The position numbers and the translations under genes are program-made. Source: Callorhinchus milii (taxonomy: Eukaryota). From it: a stretch of DNA of 64,000 nucleotides. Of this stretch, positions 51,224 through 63,709 are shown in pieces. The stretch spans positions 135,100,001 to 135,164,000 of the forward strand of contig NW_024704742.1 in assembly GCF_018977255.1 (NCBI RefSeq), in the 5' to 3' direction. The notes under the pieces were generated by a model. That model saw only the letters and a list, made by a program, of their open reading frames with translations. It did no database searches and was not told the origin of the DNA. Position 1 is the first letter of the stretch, and each line of letters begins with the position of its first letter.

Positions 51224-52084
51224 ACAACAACAACAACATTCCATTTATGGAGCGTCTTTCACGTCAGGAGGACGTCCCAAGGCGCTGGACAGTTGGGTCG
51301 GGACCCGAGCAGGGGGAAATGGTCAGAGTGAGGGGAGGGAAGGGAGGGAGCGAGGAGGGGATAGAGTGTCGAGAGGGGAGCTGAAGGCACGGTCAAAGAG
51401 AAAGGTCTTGAGACCGGCCTTGAAAGAGGAAAGGAAGGAAGCAAGGCGAAGGCACTGGGGGATGGAGTTCCAGAGCCTTGGGCTGAGAGGCTGAAGGCCC
51501 GGCCACGATGGTAGGGCGGTTGGGGCGGGGGATGTGGAGTAGACTGGAGCCAGAGGAACGGAGGTACGGGCAGGTAGGTAGGGGGATAGTAGGTCGGAGA
51601 GGTAGGAGGGAGCGAGGCCATGAATGGCCTTGTAGGTGAGATGAGGATCTTGAATTCGATCCTCTGGGGATGGGAGCCAGTGGAGGCGAGCAGGGGTGGG
51701 AGTGATTGGTCGCGAAGCCTGGTGCGGGACAGTACACGAGCTGCAGAGTTCTGAATGACCTGCAGTGTGGAGGGAGGTGCGGGAGGCCGGCGAGGAGAGA
51801 GTTCCTATAGTCCAGCCTTGAGGTGACAAAGGCGTGGACCAGGGTTTCAGCAGCGTGAGGGTGAGGTAGTGCCGTAGTTTGGCGATGTTTCGGAGGTGAT
51901 GGAAGGCGGTGCCAGTTGTGGTGCGGATATGAGGAAGAAAGGACAGCTCAGGGTCGAACAGAACGCCGAGGTTCCTGATGGCTTTGAGAGGTGGAGAGTG
52001 CAGCCTTGGATGCTGATGCTGTCAGCGCCTGAGGTGCGGCGCGCTGACCCGAGCCAATCAGGAGGGCCTCAGTTTTGCGCACGT
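51224..52084 (-). mobile_element. 5'-truncated L2, copy 3 (many 1-bp deletions)
   Basis: Near-identical to 17467-18335. Confidence 0.9.
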
Positions 52085-53083
52085 GGAGCCTGATTTCATT
52101 TCTCTACCTCTACCCTGTGTACAGGTGTTATAGATTATCAATAACTTATCTTAGACGCTGCTCAATACAGGCAAAAATGATTGAGATGTGCAGTTTTTCA
52201 CATGGAAAATAATGGATGAATTGGTTACACTTCAATCTCCTCAATAACATCAAAACATTAAAACATAACTTTCTTTTTCCGCTAGTTAAGGGAACTTTGG
52301 GCATGGTCGGTGAGCCCAAGGCGACAGTGCTTGGAATGTAAATCAAAGACTCTGCTTCAAATTAGCCTAACAGGAGAAGTGGTGTTTCAGAGCTTCCAGA
52401 GGGATAGAAGGTGTGTTAATTTGACATGTGCCACTGTTGGAAGGGTCCAACAACTGTAATAACAAATTACACTTGAATAGCCCCCTTCACTTTGGAAAGA
52501 CATCCCAGGGCCTGGACAGTCGGGGTTTTCTGGACCCGAGCTGGAGTTGGGCTTAGGAGGGGTGAAGGCAGGAGGGTGTGGATGGGAGGGTGGCCGAAGA
52601 AAGCAAGAGAGGGAATGAGGTGGAGGGATTGTGGGGTAGAGTTCCAGTGTGTGGGGGCAGAGATGCTGAATGCTCGACTGACAATGGTGAGAGGGAAGTG
52701 CGAGTGACCTGATGCAGGCCAGTGTCCGCCGAGTGGAGGGAGCGGATAGGTGATATGGGGGGGTCGGAGAGGTGGTGGGGAGCAAGACTGTAGAGGGCTT
52801 TGAGGGTGAGAACGAGGGTTTTTGTGCACGATTCTCTGACTATTTGGTGTGTGTGGTGTGTATGAAGATGGAAGTCATAGCTTTGGTAAAGAATACACAA
52901 CAGTGTTTGGGGCAGACAAGAAAGAACTATTGAGAAAAGATGAAAGTTTAAATGTCTGTTAGGCAAACAGCCGTGAGGCAAACAAGAATTGCTTTAAAAG
53001 CTGAAAGTGAGAAAGTCCTGACGGCTGTCCTCAATTCCATCCAATCACAGGATTGGGACTCTGATCTGACGCAACATCAGCAA

Positions 53084-55501
53084 ACCCACTCGATTTGGTG
53101 ATCACCCGGGGCCTCAGTGTCTCGGATGTCACTATTACCGACAAGGCCATCTCCGACCACTACTTCATCTCCTTCACCACCTCCACCCCCCTCCCCACCT
53201 CCACCAGACCCACCACCATCTTCTACCGCCCTTGGAAGAAGTTACCCCCACAATCCCTAACCGATGCCTTGGAGTCCTCTGAACTCCTCTCCCTCTGGCC
53301 TTCAACCCTCACCGACCCCTCTTCTCCTCTCTCCCTCCTCCACAATATCCTCTCCTCCACACTCGATACTCTTGCCCCCATCACTTCCCGCACTGTCTCC
53401 TACTCCCGCTCCTCCCCCTGGTACACCACCCACCTCCGCTCACTGAAATGCCAGGTGCGGGCTGCTGAGCGCACCTTTGTCAAATCTGGCCTAACGGTCC
53501 ACCGACAAATCTGGCTGGACCTCCTCAAAATTTACCGCTCCACTCTAGCCTCGGCCAAGTCGTCCTTCTACTCCAGGATAATCCTGGAGGCGAAGAACAA
53601 CCCCAGGCTACTGTTTTCCACCACATCCCGACTCCTCCGTCCCCCCGCCACCCCGCGCAGGTCATCTCCTCCAACCTTCACTGCGAGGAGATGCTGGATT
53701 TCCTTGAATCCAAGATCAAGGGAATCCGCTCCGCGGTCACTTCCCCTCCAACTTCCACCCACCACCCACCCCTTCCCTCCCACACTCCGACTCCTACCCA
53801 TCCTCCCCTACACACCTTCGTACCCGTTTCCCCACCCTCTGTCACTGAACTCATCCTATCCCTAAAACCAACCACCTGCTCCCTTGACCCCATCCCCACT
53901 CCACTCCTTATCTCCCAGCTCCATTTTCTTGCCCCACACATCACTGACATCATAAACCTGTCCCTCTCCTCTGGCTCTGTCCCCATTCCATTAAAAACTG
54001 CCATCATCACGCCCACCCTGAAAAAACCCTCCCTTGATGCGTCGCAGCTATCAAGCTACCGGCCCATCTCCAACCTCCCCTTTCTCTCCAAGGTCTTGGA
54101 AAGAGTTGTCGCCTCCCAACTGCGCTCTTTCCTCTCCACCCATTCTCTTTTTGAACCCCTTCAGTCAGGTTTCCGTGCTGCTCATAGCACAGAAACTGCC
54201 CTGGTCAAGGTCACCAATGATATCCTGACCATCTGTGACCAGGGCTCCCTCTGTCTCCTCGTCCTCCTCGACCTATCGGCAGCATTCGATACGGTCGACC
54301 ACGCTATCCTACTCCACCGCTTGTCCTCCCACCTCAACCTTCAAGGCACTGTCCTTGAATGGTTTAGCTCTTACCTTTCCAACCGTCTTCACTTCGTCTC
54401 AACGAATGGCTTCTCCTCCACCCCCCGTACTGTCTCATGTGGTGTCCCTCAGGGCTCTGTCCTCGGTCCCCTCCTCTTCACCCTCTATATGCTCCCCCTC
54501 GGTGACATCATCCGCAAACATGGGGTTAACTTCCACATGTATGCGGATGACACCCAACTCTACCTTTCCTCCTCTACTCTCAACTCCACGACCACCGATG
54601 TCCTGACAGCCTGCCTGTCCGACATCGAGTCCTGGACGAGAGACAACTTTCTTCAGCTCAACGTGCGCAAAACTGAGGCCCTCCTGATTGGCTGACAGCA
54701 TCAGCATCCAAGGCTGCACTCTCCACCTCTCAAAGCCATCAGGAACCTCGGCGTTTTGTTCGACCCTGAGCTGTCCTTTCTTCCTCATATCCGCACCACA
54801 ACTGGCACCGCCTTCCATCACCTCCGGAACATCGCCAAACTACGGCACTACCTCACCCCTCACGCTGCTGAAACCCTGGTTCACGCCTTTGTCACCTCAA
54901 GGCTGGACTATAGGAACTCTCTCCTCGCCGGCCTTCCCGGCACCTCCCTCCACACTGCAGGTCATTCAGAACTCTGCAGCTCGTGTACTGTCCCGCACCA
55001 GGCTTCGGACCACATCACTCCCACCCTCGCTCGCCTCCACTGGCTCCCCATCCCCCAGAGGATTGAATTCAAGATCCTCATCCTCACCTACAAGGCCATT
55101 CATGGCCTTGCTCCCTCCTACCTCTCCGACCTACTATCCCCCTACCTACCTGCCCGTACCCTCCGTTCCTCTGGCTCCAGTCTACTCCACATCCCCCGCC
55201 CCAACCGCCCTACCATCGGTGGCCGGGCCTTCAGCCTCTCAGCCCCAAGGCTCTGGAACTCCATCCCCCAGTGCCTTCGCCTTGCTTCCTTCCTTTCCTC
55301 CTTCAAGGCCGGTCTCAAAACCTTTCTCTTTGACCGTGCCTTCAGCTCCCCTCTCGACACTCTATCCCCTCCTCGCTCCCTCCCTTCCCTCCCCTCACCC
55401 TGACCATTTCCCCCCTGCTCGGGTCCCGACCCAACTGTCCAGCGCCTTGGGACGTCCTCCTGACGTGAAAGACGCTCCATAAATGGAATGTTGTTGTTGT
55501 T
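53084..55501 (+). mobile_element. Young L2 LINE, endonuclease end to 3' tail (reverse transcriptase)
   Basis: [48 protein letters not shown] and LHWLPI motifs; 3' stem-loop and (TTG)n tail. Confidence 0.95.
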
Positions 55502-55782
55502 GTCTCCCGCTCTGCCCGTTCAACCATCGGTGATTAGGCCTTCTGCCTTTCTGCCCCGCCCTCTGGAACTCCATCTATCTCACCCCCTCCCTTGCCTCCT
55601 TGAAAGGCTGGCTCAAGTCCCTCCTCTTTGACCGTGCTTTCAGTCTTCCTCTCACCCCCATCCCCTTTGCCCTCCACCCCTCATGATTCCAACCCCCAGC
55701 GTAGGTGCAAACCCTTCACTGTCCAGCGCTTTGGGACATCCTCCTGTCTTGAAAGGCGCAATATAAATACAATTTGTTGTTG
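55502..55782 (+). mobile_element. Older L2 3' fragment (uninterrupted, empty-site version)
   Basis: CTCTGGAACTCC...TTTGACCGTGC...CAGCGCTTTGGGACATCC tail; also inverted at ~17187-17466, and split at 24448-24623, 51010-51223 and 15406-15468. Confidence 0.8.
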
Positions 55783-56639
55783 TAATATTTTGCTGCATTT
55801 TCATTTGAAATATCCCAGAATAACAAAGTTGGACAAACTGTAGCTCTCATATAATAATAAGCATTTGATATAGTGCCTTATCACGTCTTCAAGCTGTCTC
55901 AAAGCTTCACAAAATATACTGTAAGTGAATTGACTGTATATCTTGTGGGCAAACCGCAATAGTCCTTCATGCATCACACACACACACACTTCAAAACCTT
56001 CCCCATAACTTCAAGGCATCATTTTAGCATCATATCTTGGTATTACAAACCTTTTTGGCATTGCTAAGTAAGCCTGGACATAATGGGGGGTGTGTGGGGG
56101 AAGGAAGGTATTAAGGGTGCCTCAGGGGTCTGGACTGGGACATTTTCATCACATTTTGGTACAAAACTTTTCTGTCTGCAAGTGTTCTTGTAAATGTCAT
56201 TTTTGAATCAACCAATTCATTATTTCCACTTGAAAAAAAAGACTTTTGATGTTCTGATGAACCATCCGAAGCATGTGGAAAGTCATTTGCCTAATCCAGG
56301 AGCAAGCTCATTCTGCATGTGACCTCGCAAGTCACTAACCCGAGGAGAATGAAGACTTTATGATCTGTTTACTCGCAAGCGCTCTCGTTATAGATTTAGA
56401 AAAGAGACAAGTGTCCCGAAAATTGGAAAAGACACATTGTAATTTGCATCAGGAGAGAATGTTGTCGACTGGAAACCGTTTAAAATGTGGTCAAATGCTA
56501 CCAGCATACAACAAGGTCTTTGTAACAACACAAAGTCACTGGAATGTATAAACGGGCTGCGTGATCAGATAATTCACTTCAAAACTCCTTTTGCCAATAT
56601 GTGCGTGTTTGTTTTCATGTGCTGGAGATATGGCCAACA

Positions 56640-56973
56640 CAGATTAAAGAAGTATGAACTCAAGGGTATGAACAGTAGAACCAGAGGACCTGGCCTGCGA
56701 TTAATGTGAGGGGGTTAATTCAGAACATATCTGCGGAAACACTACTTCAGTTAGCAAGTAGCAAATGTATGGAACAGGCTCTGTAGGGAGACGGTGGAAG
56801 CAGAAAGTGTTGTTTGTTTCAAGGACAAATTAGACAGATTTTGGTTAGAAAATAGGATCTTGGGGTACAACATACAGTTTTGGACATGACATATCAAGCG
56901 ACTGTTAGGATGGGTGAAAGGTGAACTGGATGGACCTTGGTGTTCTTTCATCGAGCAGTTTCTTATGTTCTTA
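56640..56973 (+). mobile_element. CR1-clade LINE 3' end (partial inverted copy at ~16051-16330)
   Basis: SRTRGPGLRL and WNRL...VEAESV motifs; same TTCTTATGTTCTTA end as 9150-9415. Confidence 0.8.
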
Positions 56974-57058
56974 CGTACGACTTCAAAATTGTCTGATGGG
57001 AGCAAGGTCATTGTTAAATAAACCTGGACAAAATGGGGTGTGTGGGTGGAAGGAAGGT

Positions 57059-57357
57059 ATTAATAATAATAAAAATAATAATCCTTGCATTTGATATAGC
57101 GCTTTTCACATCTTCTCGACGTCTCAAAGCACTTCACAGAATGGACTCTAAAGTGAAATGACTGTACATTTGTGGGCGAAACGCGGCAGCCAATTGCACA
57201 AAGCAGCATCTCACAAACAGTCGTGGATTGAAATGACCAATTTACTATTGTTTTTTTTGAGGGATTATTATTAGGCATGTGGAGTAAGGAAACTTGCCCA
57301 AGGTTTCATCCTGCCGGGAATTGAAGCGAGCGCTCTCACCACTGAGCTACAGGATTC
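57059..57357 (-). mobile_element. SINE, short form
   Basis: Family similarity. Confidence 0.9.
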
Positions 57358-57699
57358 CTAAGATTGCCTCAGCGGTCTGTACTGAGACTCCTCTTGTTCC
57401 TTGTATAATTTTGTGTACATTAATGACCTGGATTCATAGACCCAGTGGAAGATGGGTCAATTACTAAATGACAACAAGTTTGAAGCAGATAAATCCAAAG
57501 TATTACACATAGGAAGTAAAAAGAGAAACACATGCACTCCACTGATGGGGGGGGTGGGGAGGTTGAAAGAGTCCTAGTAGTGTTAGTTGACTCATTGGTC
57601 GAATGTCAGTGTGAGGCAAAAATAAACAAAAAGGATAATGGGTTTATTGCCAAATCAGTTAAGTTCAGATTCCCAGACATCATATTCTTTATAGTGTAG

Positions 57700-58005
57700 A
57701 TAATGATAATAATAATCCTGGCATTTGATATAGCGCTTTTCACGTCTTCAAGACGTCTCAAAGCGTTTCACAGAATAGACTGTAAAGTGAATTGACTGTA
57801 TATTTTGTGGACGAAACGCGGCAGCCAATTGCGCACCTCAGTGTCCCACAAACAGTCGTGGATTGAGTAACCAAATTATTATTGTTTTTTTTCTCTTCAG
57901 GGATTATTATCAGGCGTGTGGAGCAAGGAAACTTATCCAAGGTTTCGCCCTGCTAGGAATCAAACCCGCGAGATGAGTATTCTAACCATTGAGCTACAGG
58001 ACTCC
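57700..58005 (-). mobile_element. SINE, short form
   Basis: Family similarity. Confidence 0.9.
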
Positions 58006-58144
58006 AAACGCACAGCTTACAGTGCTATGGTGAGACTACACCTCGACTACCACATAAGGTTATAGTCACTGTGACATAAGGGGCTGTGCAGAGGAGAGCA
58101 ACAATGATGATGATGTTAAGAGCTTCGCAGGACATGACAGGCTG

Positions 58145-59500
58145 CTTCTCAGCTTCGCTCCTTCCTCTCCCGCCATTCCCTTCTCGAACCTCTCCAATCA
58201 AGTTTCCGTTCCGCCCACAGCACAGAAACAGCCCTGGTCAAAGTGACAAATGACATTCTGTCCATCTGCGACCAGGATTCCCTCTGCCTCCTTGTCCTAC
58301 TTGACCTCTCTGCGCTGTTTTCGACACTGTCGACAACTCTATCCTCGTCCACCGCCTCTCCTCTCACCTCAACCTCCATGGCGCTGTCCTCGATTGGTTC
58401 AGATCATACCTCTCACACCACCTGCACTTCATCTTCACAAGTGGCTTCTCCTCTAGCCCCCACCATCTTGTGCGATGTTCCTCAGGGCTCTGTCTTTGGT
58501 CCCCTCCTCTTCAATATCTATATGCTCCCTCTTGGTGACATCATCCGCAGACATGGGGTCAACTTCCAAATGTACGGATGATACCCAACTCTATCTCTCT
58601 GCCTCCACCCTGGACTCCAGGACTACTGCTGTGCTGACAGAATGTCTGTCAGACATCAAGTTCTGGATGAGAGCTAACTTTCTTCAGTTGAACATCAAAA
58701 AGACCGAGGCTCTCCTGATTGGCTCCCGTCAGCGCCTCCACATCTCAGGCGCTGACAGCATCACCATCCATCTTTGCACACGCCACCTTGCTAAGCCAGT
58801 CTGGAACTTTTAGGTCTTGTTTGACCCTCAACTATCCTTTCTACCCCGCTCTGCCTTCCCCCACATCCGCAACGTCGCCCGGCTCCAACACTATCTCACA
58901 CCGTAGGCCACCGAAACCCTCATACACATCTTCATTACATCGAGGCTCGACTATGCAAACTCACTGCTTGAAGGCCTCACCAACTCCTCTCTCCACAGGC
59001 TGAAAATCATCCAGAACTCTGCAGCCCGTGCACTAGGCCCTGCGACCCTATCACCCCCATCCTTGCCCAACTTCACTGGCTTCCCATCACCTAGAGGATA
59101 CAGTTCAAGATCCTGTTCCTCAACTTCAAAGCTCTCCATGGTCGTGCTTCCTCTACCTCTGCGACCTCCTAACCCCCTTCTACCCTGTTCGCTCCCTCCA
59201 TTTAGCGTCCCCTGCATTGCTCACCCCACTATTGCCGGGCGTGCCTTCTGCCACTCTGCCCTTACCCTTCTGGAACTCCATCCCGCAGTCGCTCTGCCTC
59301 TCCCCCTACCTTGCCATTTTCAAGACCCATCCCAAGACCATCTTCTTCGACCGGGCTTTTGATCTCCCTGCTTCCCCCCTGCCCTCCACCCTCCCTCACC
59401 CCGACCCCCATCTCGAGTCCGAAACGCTGTCCGTTCAGTGCCTTGGGATGTCCTCCCGACGTGAAAGGCACTATACAAATGTAATTTTGTTGTTGTTGTT
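58145..59500 (+). mobile_element. Older degraded L2 (RT to 3' tail)
   Basis: [28 protein letters not shown] and DDTQLY with frameshifts; stem-loop and TTG tail. Confidence 0.9.
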
Positions 59501-60389
59501 AAGAGGAACGAACTATGAGCAACTATTACACAAGCTTGCTAGGCAGCTTTATCAATGGCAAGCTATGCGGTTTTAGCTGATTAGACTCCAGCAGTTACCC
59601 GAACGCAAACTCTGGGGTCCCCCAAGCTTTGGCTCTTGCCAACCTGCGCCTAATACTTTCCAGAATTAGGTAAGCAGGATGGGTCCCTTCGGGGAGAGAG
59701 TATTCCATTCCAACAGTCTAGCTCTGGGATTTCCATGTGTAGGTGGGATGCATGTAATTCTCAGCTCGATTTGGATACTCTTTAACATGGTGATGGGTTT
59801 CCACATGTGTCAGACATTAGTCTGACCAAAAAAAAGTCTTAAAAGGCAATATCTGAGAGGGGACCTTACAGAGGTGTACAATATTTTAAATGTGATTGAA
59901 AAAGCGAACCGAGAATACCACTTTCGATTACACCGAGACAACAAAACAAGAGATCACAGGTTTAGGGTTACAAACTGCAATTTCAGGACAGACAACAGGA
60001 ACGATTTCTTTTCTTAGGGTGTAATTAATGACTGAAATATGTGACCAGGAACAGTAGTTGAGGCCAGGCTTCTCTACTTGCTGTTTAAAAAAAGCCAGAT
60101 GCTGTATTAGGAGGAGGGTAAGGTGCGTATTATAAAAGAATGAGATCAGCTATTGGGGTCGTAGCTTCACATCTCAGGTCATAACTCAAAAAGTAATTTT
60201 CTTTCTAAAGAGGGGATCTTTAGCTCCCAACTACACCTGAGGAAAGTTAATCATGGGACAAGTGGGCGGCTCTGTAACTTCAGCCCCCGCAAAGATTTTC
60301 AGTTTGAGTGTGGCAATGTTAGATGTGGTTTTACAGCTCCCCTTTACAGAATTTACATACTTTACTGCACAGCCCTAGGATGGGAATAT

Positions 60390-60747
60390 TATAATAATCC
60401 TTGCATTCAATATATTGAATCACGTCGTTGAGAAGACTGGGAGGGCTTCACAGAATATACTCTCAAGTGAATTGACTGTGTATTTGTGGGTGAAATGTGG
60501 CAGCAATTGCGCACAGCAGTGTCCCACAAAAGGTCGTGGATTATTTAATTTATTTGTTTTTTTGAGGGGATTATTACCCTAGAAATCAATTCATCAATTG
60601 ATTAACAACCGGGTTGCTGCTTACTGCTAGGCAAACAGATGCATGTGGAGTAAGGAAACTTGCTTAAGGTTTCGCCCTGCCCGGCAATCGAACCCAGGTC
60701 CGCTCGCTTCCGAGGCAAATGCTCTACCACTGCGGTACAGGGCTCCA
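60390..60747 (-). mobile_element. SINE, long form
   Basis: Family similarity. Confidence 0.88.
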
Positions 60748-61439
60748 CTATATCAGATGTGCATTTCCACCAGCTTGTTTCTCTTTCACACATCCAGTGT
60801 TGTTACTTGTTCTTTTCATTTCTAAAGAGTCTGAAATTGCTATTGGGAAATGGAGGCTGTTTCAGCACTCATGTGAAAGAGTAAAAATTGACTCCTGTCT
60901 CACTGCAGAATTGTATCTCAATAGCTGTTTCTGATCTACTCTGCTGAAGACCAGGGGTAGACATAGATTTTTTTTCTGGTCAGTCTGACACAAATGCGGA
61001 AAAACATCAACATGTTTATGAGCATCTAAACTAGACTGATGTCAACATATTCATACTGTATACTCATGAAAATTTCTCCTCATCTACAAAGGAGGGATTA
61101 CTCTACTTATATAATAATAATCCTTGCATTTGATATAGTGCCTTATCACATTTTCCAGATGTCTCAAAGTGCTTCACTAAATATACTGTAAAGTGAATTT
61201 ACTGTATACTTTGTGGGTAAAGTTACTTACCTAATTACGGAGTGTATCAGCCACAGGTTGGCAAGAAACGTAGCTGAGGGGCTCCAGACTGTGTGTTGGG
61301 CTATTGTTGGGAGTTTATTCAGCTAAAACTGAATAGCTTGCAATTGAGAGAACTGTATGGCAAGCTATCCGCAGCTTGTCCAGATAAGGATCACCCCACC
61401 ATTAGGGCTTTGGCTTACTTGGTTAACAGAAGCAATGTG

Positions 61440-61757
61440 GTAATAATTGTAATAATCCTTGCATTTGATATAGTGCCTAATCATGGCACTGAGACGTCTC
61501 ATAGCACTTTACAGAATATATTGTAAAATGGATAGATTGCATTTTGTGGGTGAAACGCGGCAGCCAATAGCCCACAGGGGTGTCCCACAAACAGTCGTGG
61601 ATTGAGTGACCAAATTTTTTGTTTGTTTTTTCGAGGGTCTTTTACCCCTGGGAAAGATCTGCCATTCGACTAACATTAGCTTGCAACTTACTGCTCGGTA
61701 AACAGGAGTGTGGAGTAAAGAAACTCACCTAAGGTTTCGCTCTGCCCGGGAATCGAG
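61440..61757 (-). mobile_element. SINE, long form, ending in a fold-back hairpin
   Basis: Family similarity; the head is replaced by an inverted copy of adjacent sequence. Confidence 0.85.
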
Positions 61758-61799
61758 GGGAGCTTGATTCCCGGGCAGAGCGAAACCTTAGGTGAGTTT
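61721..61799. repeat. Perfect 34-bp inverted repeat with an 11-nt loop
   Basis: AAACTCACCTAAGGTTTCGCTCTGCCCGGGAATC and its exact reverse complement at 61766-61799. Confidence 0.95.
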
Positions 61800-62844
61800 A
61801 ACTAATAGTGACCATTAGTGTCTTACGATGAGAACTGGTAGTGACTATTATGCTACATTATGAACTCCACTGGCTGTGTAATCCTATAAAATTCACCTTA
61901 TTAGTCTGATCTCATTAAAAATCCAATCACTCCATAACAAAAGCAGGACCCAGCTCAGTCTTGATCTTGTAAACGTTTTCTTTGGTCACTGTGTTGTACA
62001 GGGGCTGTGGTATGTGAGTGGCAGCCAACATTGTGCCTGTGTGCTGGTTCCCCCTTCTGACGGAGTCAAGTATCAGCAAACACGTCACATCAACACAGAC
62101 CTTCACAGCATCTCAGAACGTCATTCACAAACCAGCTCAGTAAGTTTAAACCAGAATCTTTCATACTGACAACCCTGCTGCTGACGTGTGGCAATCTGAG
62201 ACACTGATGTACACATGCGGCGTTACACAAATCTTGGAACCATTTTTGCAGTTCAGAATCAGCATTCCTCTAAAAAGATTCCTCTTCAACCGCGCCTTCG
62301 GTTATCCTCCTATTCCCACCCTCCTTGCCCTCCGCCCCTCCTGATCCCAACCCCCAGCTCGGGTGCAAATCTTTGACTGTCCAGCACCTTGGGATGTCCT
62401 CGCAAACTAAAATGTGCGATAAAAATGTAATTTGTTGTTGTTATTATTCATAACAAATAGCTTCAGCAAGCATCAGCAATATATTTTACTGAAAAAAATA
62501 CCCCAAATTTGCCATGGTTTTTAACTCATGACTAAAACTTAGTCTCAGAGATTGAAGATGTATTACTTTACATCGTAACATTTAAGACAGTGCGCAGAAA
62601 TTTGGAAAATTCTTAAATTCAGTCTCAATTTGAAAACAGTTTCTTTGCTGAACACTGCTGAACACAAACATCTCAATTAAGAGTGAATTTAGGAATTTTC
62701 TTAAATTTTGAAATTATGAAACAATGGTGTTAAAGCCAAGATCATTGCAGAGTTTGTTACGCTGCCCAACAAAATACAGTCACTGCAATTTACAGTAAAA
62801 TACTGTGAAGCGCTCTGGTCGTGAAAGGTGCACATCAAATGTAA

Positions 62845-63210
62845 TGATAATAATCATCCTTGCATTTGTGATGTCTCAATGCACTTTACAGAATACCTTG
62901 TAAAGTGGTTTGACAGTGTATTTTGTGGGCAAAACACAGCAGCCAATTGCGCACAGCAAAGTCCCACAAACAGTCATGGATTGAGTGAACCAGATTGAGC
63001 AGATTGAGAAGGAACAGGATGTGAGCATGTTTTTATTGGGGGGGTGGGGGAGCAATTATTATCTTCAGAAATCGATCCGCTAATCAACTAACAACCAGGT
63101 TCCTACTTACTGCTAGGTGAACAGAGGTATGTAGAGTAAGGAAATTTGCTAAGGTTTTACCCACCCGGGTCCTCTCGCTTGCTCACTAACTGCTATGCTA
63201 CAGGACTCCA
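62845..63210 (-). mobile_element. SINE, long form
   Basis: Family similarity. Confidence 0.85.
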
Positions 63211-63709
63211 TATCCAAGCATTAATAATTCTTACATAGTCCATGTGAGGATTCTTAAGAGTAAAGGCAATAAAGTTAAAACCCACATTATGATTAACTAA
63301 TCTTGTTTAAATGTTGGATATAAAATATAACTTCTTGTATGAATGCTAGGATTTATTCAGTCCAGTTAGGCTCCTGCTTGTTCCTTAAGGCTATTATATA
63401 TAGTAACAGGTCATAAAACTGTAACAAACCATTTTTAGTGACAGAGAAGCATTTGCTGCAAGACAAAATTTAAAAATGAACTAGTCACCTATAGCATTCA
63501 TCATTTTTATTCTCAGCATGTAAGGCAAACAGCAAACTGTGGATGGAATTGCACATATGAGCCACGCACCCCAGGGACCACAATGAACAATGCGATGCAC
63601 TAGATTTTGTGCGAGTCTTTTGCTTGCACCACTTTTCTTCTACCAGATTGAGCAGATTGAGAAGGAGCAGGATATATGGGTCCGTTCAGATGTCGCGTAG
63701 ATTGAGAAA

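Larger units (their letters stand above)
57360..60120 (+). mobile_element. Old CR1 broken into pieces (~57360-57690, ~58005-58130, ~59840-60120) by nested insertions
   Basis: Co-linear remnants: PQGS-like, LHIGSK, MVRLHLDY, LRGDLTEVYNIL, KTRDH. Confidence 0.6.
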
